64,000 nt of DNA from Acidobacteriota bacterium. Its GTDB lineage: Bacteria; Acidobacteriota; UBA6911; RPQK01; JAJDTT01. Positions 1-9,569 of this stretch are shown here, piece after piece. Positions within the stretch are counted from its first letter, which is position 1. Each line of letters starts with the position of its first letter. The stretch is taken from contig CBDCJH010000002.1 of the NCBI GenBank assembly GCA_965217775.1, positions 6,048,001 to 6,112,000 on the forward strand. Direction: 5' to 3'. The translations under genes were made by a program, and so were the position numbers. The notes beneath the pieces are model-generated. The model saw only the letters and a list, made by a program, of their open reading frames with translations, did no database searches and was not told the DNA's origin.

Positions 1-301
1 GATGCTGTTCGCGGACCGGCTTGAGGTCATGAATTCGGGCCGGTTGCCGCCGCCCCTGACCGTGGACAAGCTGCGCCTGCCGCACCAGTCGCTCCCGGGC
101 AATCCGTTGCTGGCGGAGTCGATGTACCTGCTGCAGTACATCGAGAGGATGGGGACCGGGACCGTGGACATGATCCGACGTTGCGCGGAGACGGGCCTGC
201 CGGAGCCGGAGTTCGAGGTCGGCGCGGGGTTCCTGATCAGGATTTGGCGGTCCGGAGACCACGAGACCACCCAAGACCGTCGCGACACTACCCAGGACGC
301 A

Positions 302-330
302 ACCAGAAACCACCAGAAAACCACCAGAAC
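302..330 (+). repeat. 11-bp tandem repeat tract 1 (CCAGAAAACCA)
   Basis: accagaaaccaccagaaaaccaccagaac. Confidence 0.75.
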
Positions 331-602
331 GGAAGGGGGCCAGCCAGAACCTGGCGAACCGAATCCTCACATTCCTGCGGGAGCATCCGTCCGCCAGCCG
401 CCGCGACATGGTTGGAGCACTTGAAGGCGCCACCGAAGGGAGCGTCCGGTATCAGTTGGACAAGCTCAAGGAATTGGGTAAGTTACGTCGCGTCGGGCCA
501 GATAGGGGGGGACGCTGGCTGGTTATCGACGATCCCGACACGGACGCCAGGGAGGAGCCCGACGACTCTGCGGGGGACCGCCGGCACGCAAGGGAGACCC
601 AG

Positions 603-643
603 CCAGAAAACCACCAGAAAACCACCAGAAAACCGCCAGAAAC
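603..643 (+). repeat. 11-bp tandem repeat tract 2 (CCAGAAAACCA, about 3.6 units)
   Basis: ccagaaaacca-ccagaaaacca-ccagaaaaccg-ccagaaa. Confidence 0.85.
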
Positions 644-900
644 GAAGGCCAATCGCCAGAACCCCCATCCCTTTCCGGCCGCATCCTGGCTCTCCTTCGC
701 CAGAATCCTTTTGCGGGCCGCCGCGAAATCGCCACCACCCTCGGCACCACGCGATCCATCGTCCGGTACCGGCTGGACAAGTTGCGCGCGGCCGGGAAGA
801 TCGAGCGGATCGGTCCCGACAAGGGCGGCTACTGGAAAGTGCTGGGTGAATCCGCTGTCGAGCCCGAACCTACCCCCGAACGCGATCCCCGGAGCTCCCG

Positions 901-3900
901 ATGACCGCAGTCGGCGAGCTCGAAATCCGCACGCAGCGCCGTGTTGTCGACCACTTCCGGCGCCGGCTCGGCTACAGGTACCTGGGGAACTGGCACGAAC
1001 GCCCGAACAACCGGAACATCGAGGACGACCTCCTCAAGCGGTTCCTTACGCGCCAGGGCCATGACCCGGCCATCATCAACAAAGCGCTGGACAAGCTCGG
1101 CAAGGCCGCCGCTCTCGGCGGAGGCAAGACCCTCTACGACGCCAACCGCGAGGTCTACGGTCTCCTCCGCTACGGAGCCAAGGTCAGCCCCGGGCTCGGC
1201 GAACACACGGTCACCGTTGACTTGGTCGACTGGGGAAACCCGGCCGCCAACGACTTCGCCATCGCCGAAGAGGTCACGATCGAAGGGAATCACACCAAGC
1301 GGCCCGACATCGTGCTCTACGTCAACGGGATTGCTGTCGGCGTACTTGAGCTCAAGCGCTCGACCGTCTCGGTGGCGGAGGGAATCCGCCAGAATCTGGA
1401 CAACCAGAAGAGGGAGTTCATCCGGCCGTTCTTCACAACCGTGCAGCTCGTGCTGGCGGGCAACGATACCGAAGGGCTCCGGTACGGCGTGATCGGGACG
1501 CCGGAAAAGTACTGGCTCCGCTGGAAGGAAGCCGGTGCCCCTTCCTCTGACGTTCCCACCTCTCCCCTTCTTCGCGAGTTCGGCCAAATCTGCGCCCCTG
1601 TTCGCCTGCTTGAACTTATGCACGACTTCGTGGTCTTCGACGCCGGCGTCAAAAAGATCTGCCGCCACAACCAGTACTTTGGCGTGAAGGTGGCCCAGGA
1701 GTACGTCGGGCGCCGCGAAGGTGGGATCATTTGGCACACCCAGGGCAGCGGCAAGAGCCTCACGATGGTGTGGCTGGCGAAGTGGATCCGTGAGCTCAAG
1801 GGCGTGGACGGCCGCGTGCTAATCGTCACGGACCGCACCGAGCTCGACGAGCAGATCGAGAAGGTCTTCACCGGCGTGGACGAGGACATCTACCGCACGC
1901 AGAGTGGAGCCGACCTTGCGGAGGTGCTTCGCGACCCCGCCAAGTCGCTGATCTGTTCGCTCGTCCACAAGTTCGGGAGTTCCGAGGAAGGCAGCATCGA
2001 CCAGTACGTGAGCGACATCCAGAAACACGTGCCGCGCGGTTTCCGCCCTCCCGGCGAGATCTTCGTCTTCGTGGACGAGTGTCACCGCACCCAGTCCGGC
2101 AAGCTCCACAAGGCCATGAAGGCCATCCTCCCCGGAGCCACGCTCATCGGCTTTACGGGAACCCCGCTCCTCAGGTCCGACAAGAAGCGCAGTATCGAGA
2201 TCTTCGGCCCGTACATCCACACCTACAAGTACGATGAGGCGGTGGACGACAAGGTGGTTTTGGACCTGCGCTACGAGGCGCGTGACATCGACCAGAACAT
2301 CACGTCGGAGGCGAAGATCGATCAGTGGTTCGATCTCAAGACCAAGGGGCTCAGCGACTTGGCCCGGGCGCAGCTCAGGCAGAAGTGGGGCACCATGCGG
2401 AAGGTCACGAGCTCGCGGGACCGGATTGAGAAGATCGTGGACGACATCCTGATCGATATGGAGACGCGTGACCGCCTGAAGAGCGGGCGCGGCAACGCCA
2501 TGCTCGTGTCGGACAGCATCTACGCGGCCTGCCGCTTCTTCGAGGCGTTCAGTGGGACCGGACTGAAGGACAGGTGCGCCATCGTCACCTCCTATAGTCC
2601 CGCTGCAGGCGACATCAAGGGAGAAGAGACCGGCGAGGGCCTGACCGAGAAGCTGCAGAAGTACGACGTCTACCGCAAGATGCTGGCGGACCACTTCGGC
2701 GAGCCCGAGGACAAGGCCATGAACAAAGCCGAGCAGTTCGAGCAGCAGGTCAAGCGGCGGTTCGTCAACGAGCCCGGGCAGATGAAGCTCCTGATCGTCG
2801 TGGACAAGCTGCTGACCGGTTTCGATGCCCCTCCCGCAACGTATCTCTACATCGACAAGAAGATGCAGGATCACGGTCTCTTCCAGGCGATCTGCCGCGT
2901 CAACCGACTGGACGGAGAGGACAAGGAGTACGGCTACATCGTCGACTACAAGGATCTGTTCCGGTCGCTGGAGGGAGCGATCAAGGAATACACGGGCGAG
3001 GCGTTCGAGGGCTATGACCGCGAAGACGTGGAAGGCTTGTTGAAGGACCGCCTCGAGCGTGGGCGGGAGCGGCTGGAGGAGACCCGTGAAGCGGTCAAGG
3101 CGCTGTGCGAACCCGTCGAGCCGCCTGGGGACACCAAGTCGTACCTGCGGTATTTCTGCCACGACGGAGAGGGCGACACCGCCCGGCAGCTTGCTGCCAA
3201 CGAACGGAAGCGCCTCACGCTGTACAGGATGGTGGCGGCGTTTCTCCGCTCCTACGCCAACCTGGCCAACGAAATGATCGAGGCGGGTTACACGGAGGCC
3301 GAGCGACTCGAGATCAGGCACGAGGTGAGCCACTACGAAAAGGTTCGCCAGGAGGTCAAACTGGCCAGCGCCGACTACGTCGATCTCAAGATGTTCGAGC
3401 CCGCCATGCGGCACCTCCTCGACAACTACATCCGGGCCGACGAGAGCAAGGTCCTTTCCGCATTCAACGATCTGACGCTCGTAGACCTGCTCATCAAGGA
3501 CGGGGAGAGCGCCGTCGATTGGCTTCCCGAAGGGATTCGGGGCAACCGCCGCGCCGTCGCCGAGACCATCGAGAACAACGTCCGCCGCCTGATCGTCGAC
3601 GAGATGGCCGTGAATCCCAAGTACTACGAAAAGATGTCGGCGGTGCTCGATGCGCTGATCAAACAGCGCAGGGAGGAAGCGATCGAGTACGAGGCGTACC
3701 TCAAGAAGGTCATCGAGCTCGCCGAACAAGTGAGGAACGGGGAAGCCGGTGGTTCATATCCGGCGAGCATCAAAAACGGAGCACTGCGTGCAATATACGA
3801 CAACCTGCCGGCCGCATTACCGGCGGACCGAGTAGCTGAGCCTGGCGTGAGATGGGAGCCGGATACCGAAAACGATCCCCGCGAGGTCGCGGCGCTGGCT

Positions 3901-4056
3901 GTCGATCGCGCAATCCAACAGGCCCGGATGGCCGACTGGCGCGGCCACCCCATCAAGGAGAAGCGGATCGGTAGGGCGATCCGAGACGCACTCGGTCCCT
4001 TCAAGGCTTGCACGAAGACGATCTTCGAAATTGTGAAGGCCCGCAGTGAGTACTGA
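901..4056 (+). CDS. hsdR: Type I restriction endonuclease subunit R
   Basis: RPDIVLYVNG..ELK nuclease motif, WHTQGSGKS Walker A, DECHR, FTGTP, LLTGFDAP, QAICRVNR. Confidence 0.96.
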   Translation: MTAVGELEIRTQRRVVDHFRRRLGYRYLGNWHERPNNRNIEDDLLKRFLTRQGHDPAIINKALDKLGKAAALGGGKTLYDANREVYGLLRYGAKVSPGLGEHTVTVDLVDWGNPAANDFAIAEEVTIEGNHTKRPDIVLYVNGIAVGVLELKRSTVSVAEGIRQNLDNQKREFIRPFFTTVQLVLAGNDTEGLRYGVIGTPEKYWLRWKEAGAPSSDVPTSPLLREFGQICAPVRLLELMHDFVVFDAGVKKICRHNQYFGVKVAQEYVGRREGGIIWHTQGSGKSLTMVWLAKWIRELKGVDGRVLIVTDRTELDEQIEKVFTGVDEDIYRTQSGADLAEVLRDPAKSLICSLVHKFGSSEEGSIDQYVSDIQKHVPRGFRPPGEIFVFVDECHRTQSGKLHKAMKAILPGATLIGFTGTPLLRSDKKRSIEIFGPYIHTYKYDEAVDDKVVLDLRYEARDIDQNITSEAKIDQWFDLKTKGLSDLARAQLRQKWGTMRKVTSSRDRIEKIVDDILIDMETRDRLKSGRGNAMLVSDSIYAACRFFEAFSGTGLKDRCAIVTSYSPAAGDIKGEETGEGLTEKLQKYDVYRKMLADHFGEPEDKAMNKAEQFEQQVKRRFVNEPGQMKLLIVVDKLLTGFDAPPATYLYIDKKMQDHGLFQAICRVNRLDGEDKEYGYIVDYKDLFRSLEGAIKEYTGEAFEGYDREDVEGLLKDRLERGRERLEETREAVKALCEPVEPPGDTKSYLRYFCHDGEGDTARQLAANERKRLTLYRMVAAFLRSYANLANEMIEAGYTEAERLEIRHEVSHYEKVRQEVKLASADYVDLKMFEPAMRHLLDNYIRADESKVLSAFNDLTLVDLLIKDGESAVDWLPEGIRGNRRAVAETIENNVRRLIVDEMAVNPKYYEKMSAVLDALIKQRREEAIEYEAYLKKVIELAEQVRNGEAGGSYPASIKNGALRAIYDNLPAALPADRVAEPGVRWEPDTENDPREVAALAVDRAIQQARMADWRGHPIKEKRIGRAIRDALGPFKACTKTIFEIVKARSEY

Positions 4057-4789
4057 CAGGTACCACATGGATGTCCGCGGCATTCCCGTGGCGGTCATCC
4101 GCAAGGACATCAAGAACCTCCACCTGAGCGTCTATCCCCCCGAGGGTCAAGTGCGCGTCTCGGCTCCGCTGCGCCTGGACGACGACGCGATACGGCTGGC
4201 GGTGGTTTCGCGCCTGGGATGGATTCGGCGCAAACGTGCCGAGTTCGAGCAGCAAGACCGCCAATCCCGGCGCGACTTCGTGTCCGGTGAGAGTCACTAC
4301 TTCGAGGGACGACGCTATCGTCTGGATGTGGTTGAATCGCGAGGCCCAATCGGTATTCGTCTGCGCAACAATGCCTGGATGGAGATGCGCGTGCGGCCCG
4401 CGACCGGTCGCGACGCCCGCGAGGCCCTGCTCTACCGATGGTACCGGGCTCAACTGCGACAGCGCATCCCTGAGATGGTCGCCAAGTGGGAATCCCGGGT
4501 CGGCGTGCATGTGGCCGATTGGCGCATCCGTCGCATGAAGACACGCTGGGGAAGCTGCAATGCCGGGGCTTGCCGCATCTGGCTCAACTCCGAGCTGGCC
4601 AAGAAGCCCCTGCCCTGCCTCGAATACGTCGTCGTCCACGAGATGGCCCACCTCGCCGAGCCGAGCCACAACGAGCGCTTCCGGGAGATTTTGGACCGCG
4701 TAATGCCGAGTTGGCGCCTGCGCGCCGAAGAGTTGAATCGCACCCATCTTGCCGACGAAGTCTGGGGGGAATTGCTGCCTGTCAGGTAA
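4046..4789 (+). CDS. M48/YgjP (DUF45) zinc metallopeptidase, commonly found after hsdR
   Basis: MKTRWGSC, VVHEMAH, HNERF. Confidence 0.9.
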   Translation: MSTDRYHMDVRGIPVAVIRKDIKNLHLSVYPPEGQVRVSAPLRLDDDAIRLAVVSRLGWIRRKRAEFEQQDRQSRRDFVSGESHYFEGRRYRLDVVESRGPIGIRLRNNAWMEMRVRPATGRDAREALLYRWYRAQLRQRIPEMVAKWESRVGVHVADWRIRRMKTRWGSCNAGACRIWLNSELAKKPLPCLEYVVVHEMAHLAEPSHNERFREILDRVMPSWRLRAEELNRTHLADEVWGELLPVR

Positions 4790-4858
4790 CTCTCTCCCTT
4801 GTATTCTTGCAGCCGGGGCGGTAGTAAACTGGGCCGAGACCTGGGAAGGGGGTGTGCG

Positions 4859-6061
4859 ATGAGACGACTGCTGCTGTGGGTTGTGAGTGTGGCATGGTTG
4901 CTGGAACCGATCCAGGCGGCCGGCTGGGAGCGTGTCCAGGTCAAGATCGGCGAGACGGTCAATATCGTTCCCCAAGGCACGCGGCTGGTCCGGGGCATGC
5001 TGGGAATCATACGGCATCCCGACGGGTCCATCTTCGTGAACACCCAGACCGGGGGTCTGGCCCGAAGCCGGGACCAAGGGAAGACCTGGAGCCTGATCCC
5101 GGCAGAGAGGGCCTTTGCCCTGGGTGTCAGCCGCGACGGACGGCTCTGGTTGGCGGACGGCATCAAGGACGCCTCCCAGTTGGTAGTGCGCCACTCCTCC
5201 GACTCGGGCGAGACTTGGACCACGACGGCGCTTGACGTTTCCGATCTCTCCCCGGAATCGAGCCGGCGGCCTTACAACTGGACCGGCGACGACTACAACA
5301 CATTCATCGAGCGGCCCGACGGGACCCTCATGTTCTCGGCCGGTCTGCGGCGAATCCCCTGGTTTTATGAGGATCCGTCCCTGATGGAGGATGGACTGGT
5401 CTCGCCCGACGCCGACGTGGGCGGCCTCTTCCTATTCCGGAGCCGCGATGGCGGCAAGAGTTGGGGCGAACCGAGCCTGGTGCATGAGTTTGCCTCCGAG
5501 GTGGGCTATGCCGTCGATCCCGCAGACTCGGACCGCATCCTGGCCATGACCCGGACCCAGAGGCCTCTACTGGCGGGCGAGGATCGGTCGGAGACGCTGA
5601 AGAAGACGGGCGCCCCGGCCAGCATGGAGTCCCACATGCCCTCCATCTACAAGAACGGCCTGCTGCTGGAATCGCGCGACGGCGGCCGCACCTTCGCCGA
5701 GGTTCCGGGAGGGCTCACCGGATTCTACGAGATTCGCGGGACCATCCTCTGGACGGCGGACAACCGGGTGGTGGTGACCCATCAGGGGGCGCACCCGGGT
5801 GGAGGCCCGGACGGAACCCTGCTGGCCAGAATCAGTCTCGACGGCGGCCGGCGCTGGCTCGACGGCACGGCAACCGGGACACCGGCTATGAACCAATCCC
5901 GAAAATTCGTGCTGGTCCCCAGGCCCCCCGGACATTCCTTCACGGCACCCAGCGTGCAGATCTCCGAAAATCGCTTTCTGAGCGTCTATTTTCACGGAAA
6001 CCTGAGCCGGAACATCGCCATGGTCAGTGGTGTTTTCTGGCATCTGAAGCACCTTCCATGA
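4859..6061 (+). CDS. Secreted BNR/Asp-box (sialidase-like) beta-propeller protein
   Basis: Signal peptide; SRDQGKTW, SSDSGETW, SRDGGKSW, SRDGGRTF, SLDGGRRW. Confidence 0.8.
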   Translation: MRRLLLWVVSVAWLLEPIQAAGWERVQVKIGETVNIVPQGTRLVRGMLGIIRHPDGSIFVNTQTGGLARSRDQGKTWSLIPAERAFALGVSRDGRLWLADGIKDASQLVVRHSSDSGETWTTTALDVSDLSPESSRRPYNWTGDDYNTFIERPDGTLMFSAGLRRIPWFYEDPSLMEDGLVSPDADVGGLFLFRSRDGGKSWGEPSLVHEFASEVGYAVDPADSDRILAMTRTQRPLLAGEDRSETLKKTGAPASMESHMPSIYKNGLLLESRDGGRTFAEVPGGLTGFYEIRGTILWTADNRVVVTHQGAHPGGGPDGTLLARISLDGGRRWLDGTATGTPAMNQSRKFVLVPRPPGHSFTAPSVQISENRFLSVYFHGNLSRNIAMVSGVFWHLKHLP

Positions 6062-6100
6062 ATGCGTTCGGGGTCCCGGCTCCGGCGACGTAGGTCGAGC

Positions 6101-6663
6101 ATGGAGCGAGTCGCCATTGCGATTGTGGGCTGCGGGAATTTCGGCTCCAGCATGGCCCGTCTGATCGGGGAACTGGAGTCCTACCGGATCGCCGGGTGCT
6201 ACGATCCCGACCGGGCAAGCACGTCTTCTGCGAGAAACCCATGGCGCTCAACGTCCAGGAGTGCCACCAGATGATGGAGGCGGCGACGGCGGCCGGCGTG
6301 AAGCTGATGGTCGGCCACAAGCGGCGGCTGCGTCCCCAGTACGCCAAGATGTCCCAAGTGGTTCGGAGCGGCCGTCTCGGACGGGTGATGGCCGTCGACA
6401 TCAATGGTTTCTACCACCGGGATTGGTGGAGCTGGTGGCTGCGGCGAGACCTGGGGGGAGGGCTGCTTCACGTCTCCGGCGTCCACGACATCGATTTTCT
6501 GCGGCATATTTGTGGCGAGGCGGGGAACGTATTCGCCCGGAGTCCCGTGAAGACGGCTCACCGGAGCGATTTCGAAGACGAGATCTCGGCATTGATCCAC
6601 TTCGAATCGGGCGCGGTGGCGACGCTTCAGGTCAGCCCCTTTTCTCCGGTTCGGACCTTTCGC
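6101..6663 (+). pseudogene. Truncated, internally deleted duplicate of the Gfo/Idh/MocA gene 5' end
   Basis: Near-identical to 9570..10280 (MERVAIAIVGCGNFG, CEKPMA); deletion and frameshift near 6210. Confidence 0.9.
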
Positions 6664-6890
6664 CTCGACCTCAAGAGCGGGAAGCTGACCCATCAGGATC
6701 TCGGCCAGATGCAGATGTACGTGAACTACTTCGACCGCTACGTGAAGACCGATGACGAACTGCCGACCGTCGGCATCCTGCTCTGTGACCGCAAGAACGA
6801 TGCCGTGGTCGAGCTGACGCTGCCCGAAGACGCCAACATCTACGCATCGAAGTATCATCTCTACCTGCCGTCGAAACGGGAACTCGCAGC
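6664..6890 (+). pseudogene. C-terminal fragment of YhcG/DUF1016 PDDEXK nuclease
   Basis: DLKSGKLTHQDLGQMQMYVNYFDR..PTVGILLC..NIYASKYHLYLP. Confidence 0.85.
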
Positions 6891-6957
6891 AACTCCTCAC
6901 CGGTTCCATCCGGCTGCCGCTCCCCGACGCCGACACGGAAGACGACCACGTCCATGA

Positions 6958-7115
6958 CAGCCCGTGGCAAAAGTCGTCACGGCATTCGACCGTCCCTGCA
7001 TCCCGGCGGACTGCGTTGCGATTCGGGCACATACTCCCGGTATGCACCCGAATCGCGCCTTGTCCGGCGGGCGCAGGAACGGTCTCGGTGCTCGCGGGAC
7101 TTTCACCACGGACTG
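6958..7115 (+). mobile_element. 158-bp MITE copy 1, target-site duplication ATGA
   Basis: TIRs CAGCCCGTGGCAAAAGTC / GACTTTCACCACGGACTG; ATGA at 6954-6957 and 7116-7119. Confidence 0.9.
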
Positions 7116-8810
7116 ATGACGCCTGAGTCACAGAACGTCGAGTGGAAGTCGTCCTGGCGGGACGAGTTCCTGAAGTGGATCTGCGGTTTCGCCAACGCCC
7201 AGGGCGGTGTCCTCGAGATCGGCCGGAACGACTGCGGCGAGGTCGTCGGGGTCAGCGACGTTCTGCGCCTGCTTGAGGAGATTCCCAACAAGGCGCAGTC
7301 TCTCCTCGGCATCGTTGTCGATATCGACCTGAAATCGGAGCATGGACGCGAGTACCTGCAGATCGGCGTCAAGCCCCATCCCAATCCGATCAGCTATCGG
7401 GGCAAGTTCCACTATCGGTCCGGGAGCACGAGCCAGGTCCTTCGGGGCGCCTCGCTCACGCGCTTCCTGCTGGAACGGCAGGGGCGGACATGGGACGATG
7501 GGGCGATCCCGGGGGTCCGCATGCGCGACTTGGACGGACACGCGCTGGATGACTTCCGGGAACGCGCTTCCGTCAGCGGCCGCCTGAACCAGAACATTCT
7601 CCGCGCATCGGACTCCGAGGTCATCGAGAGCTTGCGCCTTCGCGAGGGCCGGCACCTGAAGCGCGCTGCCGTCCTGCTCTTCCACCCGGAACCGGGCGCC
7701 TTCTTTCGGGAAGCCTATCTCAACAGCCCGTGGCAAAAGTCGTCGCGGCATTCGACCGTCCCTGCATCCCGGCGGACTGCGTTGCGATTCGGTCACATAC
7801 TCCCGGTATGCTCCCGAATCGCGCCTTGTCCGGCGGGCGCAGGAACGGTCTCGGTGCTCGCGAGACTTTCACCACGGACTGTCAAGATCGGGTATTTTCG
7901 CGGCGCCGACATCATGTATCAGGATACGGTGGAGGGCGATCTCTTCTCCCAGGTGGAGCGCGCCATGGACCTCCTCTACTCCAAGTACTCGCGCGCGCTG
8001 ATTTCGTACGACGACGTTTACCGGGTCGAGACTCACCCCGTGCCCTACGAGGCCATGCGCGAAGCGGTCACAAACGCGGTCATCCATCGCGACTACGCAG
8101 TCCCCGTACCCATTCAGATCCGTGTCCATGACGACCGCGTGGCCATCTGGAATGCGGGGCGGCTCCCGACGGGGTGGTCGCTGGAGAATCTGACCGGTGA
8201 GCACGCGTCACGGCCGTACAACCCGGCGATCGCGGACGCTTTCTTTGGCGCAGGCCTGATCGAAGCCTGGGGTCGCGGGATCCGCCGGATCAGGCAGGCA
8301 TGTGAGGACGCGGGTAACCCGGTGCCCCGTTGGCGGATCGAGCCCGGCGGTCTGTGGGTCGAATTCCCGTTTTCTGCCGCGTACCTGGCCAAAGACGCTC
8401 GGTTGCGCCGAGCGGGAAATCAGCCAGAAAACCACCAGAAAACCACCAGAAAAGACGGTCAACAGCCAGAAAAAGGCCAGAAAACCGCCGGAGAAGTCCG
8501 GGAAGAGGCGTCCGGAGACCCTGAAGACCACCAGAAACGAGTAGGATCAGCCAGAAAACCGCCAGAAACCCCGTCCCTTTACGACCGTATTCTCGCTCTT
8601 CTCCGTAGGCAGCCATCCATCAGCCGCCGCGAAATGGCCGCCACGCTCGGCACCACCACGTCCACCGTCCGGTACCGGCTGGACAAGTTGCGCGCGGCCG
8701 GGAAGATAGAGCGGGTCGGCCCCGACAAGGGCGGGTACTGGAAGGTGCAGGGCGGGTCCACCACCGATCGCGATCCTTCTCCCGAACCCGGCTCCGGGAA
8801 CGCCCGATGA
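7116..8810 (+). CDS. AlbA_2 (Schlafen-like) + HATPase_c_4 + wHTH protein with an in-frame MITE insertion
   Basis: ESQNVEWKSSW..GFANAQGG, REAVTNAVIHRDY, IEAWGRG, C-terminal HTH; ends in ATGA overlap with the hsdR remnant; upstream in-frame ATG at 6954. Confidence 0.85.
   Translation: MTPESQNVEWKSSWRDEFLKWICGFANAQGGVLEIGRNDCGEVVGVSDVLRLLEEIPNKAQSLLGIVVDIDLKSEHGREYLQIGVKPHPNPISYRGKFHYRSGSTSQVLRGASLTRFLLERQGRTWDDGAIPGVRMRDLDGHALDDFRERASVSGRLNQNILRASDSEVIESLRLREGRHLKRAAVLLFHPEPGAFFREAYLNSPWQKSSRHSTVPASRRTALRFGHILPVCSRIAPCPAGAGTVSVLARLSPRTVKIGYFRGADIMYQDTVEGDLFSQVERAMDLLYSKYSRALISYDDVYRVETHPVPYEAMREAVTNAVIHRDYAVPVPIQIRVHDDRVAIWNAGRLPTGWSLENLTGEHASRPYNPAIADAFFGAGLIEAWGRGIRRIRQACEDAGNPVPRWRIEPGGLWVEFPFSAAYLAKDARLRRAGNQPENHQKTTRKDGQQPEKGQKTAGEVREEASGDPEDHQKRVGSARKPPETPSLYDRILALLRRQPSISRREMAATLGTTTSTVRYRLDKLRAAGKIERVGPDKGGYWKVQGGSTTDRDPSPEPGSGNAR
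7724..7881 (+). mobile_element. 158-bp MITE copy 2, TSD TCAA, in frame within CDS
   Basis: Same TIRs; TCAA at 7720-7723 and 7882-7885. Confidence 0.9.
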
Positions 8811-9378
8811 CTCCCGTCGGCGAGGTCGAGGCTCGCACTCACCGCCGGGTCATTGCCCACTTCCAGCACCACCTCGGCTATCAGCCCGTGGCAAAAGTCG
8901 TCACGGCATTCGACCGTCCCTGCATCCCGGCGGACTGCGTTGCTATCGGCTCACATACTCCCGGTATGCTCCCTCCGAAGCGCCTTGTCCGGCGGGCGCA
9001 GGAACGGTCTCGGTGCTCGCGCGACTTTCACCACGGACTGCTATACTTTCCTCGGCAACTGGCACGAAGGTCAGAACAACCGAAACATCGAAGCCGACTA
9101 TCTCAGGCGATTCCTCGCGGGCCAGGGTCACGACCCCGCCATCATCCCCGGCTCGAACCTGATCGGCTTCATCGGCACGCCGCTCCTCAAATCCGACAAG
9201 CAGCGCAGCGTCGAGACCTTCGGACCATACATCCACACCTACAAGTCCGACGAAGCGGTAGGCGATGAGGTGGTGCTGGACTTGCGCTACGAGGCACGCG
9301 GCATCGACCATGACATCTCCTCCGAGGCAAAGATCGACCAATGGTTGACCTGAAGACTCGGGGATTGAGCGACCTGGC
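8807..9378 (+). pseudogene. hsdR: Degenerate hsdR copy (MITE insertion, about 1 kb internal deletion, truncation)
   Basis: MTPVGEVEARTHRRV, LGNWHEGQNNRNIE and IGFIGTPLL..VVLDLRYEAR match 901..2370. Confidence 0.9.
8882..9040 (+). mobile_element. 159-bp MITE copy 3, TSD CTAT
   Basis: Same TIRs; CTAT at 8878-8881 and 9041-9044. Confidence 0.9.
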
Positions 9379-9541
9379 CCGCGCGCAGAGCTGGACCCTG
9401 CGGGTGAGATTGCTGAAGATCGGGGTCCAGGTCCGGGTCACGAGGCGCAAGGTCTGGCTGTCGTTTTCCGAGAGCTACCCCTATGCGGTGCTGTTGAGGA
9501 CGGCTCTGGCGCAAGTGCAAGTCCTCCCGCTTCGCTGGTAG
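9375..9541 (+). mobile_element. C-terminal fragment of an IS1380-family transposase
   Basis: ARAQSWTLRVRLLKIGVQVRVTRRKVWLSFSESYPY resembles IS1380 transposase C-termini. Confidence 0.7.
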
Positions 9542-9569
9542 CATCATCTTAAAGAGGCGGGTTCGGCAA

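Larger units (their letters stand above)
1..904 (+). pseudogene. 3' part of RecG-C-terminal-like (HATPase_c_4) regulator with two wHTH modules, frameshifted at 11-bp repeat tracts
   Basis: ORF 2..424 has DRLEVMNSGRLP..GNPLLA..IERMGTG. HTH1 (NRILTFLREHPSASRRDMVG..VRYQLDKLK..RVGPDRGGRW) lies in the 408 frame. HTH2 (RILALLRQNP..IATTLG..VRYRLDKLR..IGPDKGGYW) returns to the first frame and ends at TGA 902-904, overlapping the hsdR ATG. Confidence 0.75.

Noticed and set aside
1819-3729. Long antisense ORFs (also 35003-37063, 58976-60907)
   Set aside because: Shadow frames of high-GC genes with no recognisable motifs.
6196-6957. Novel Gfo-PDDEXK fusion protein
   Set aside because: Both halves are truncated fragments joined at a deletion junction.
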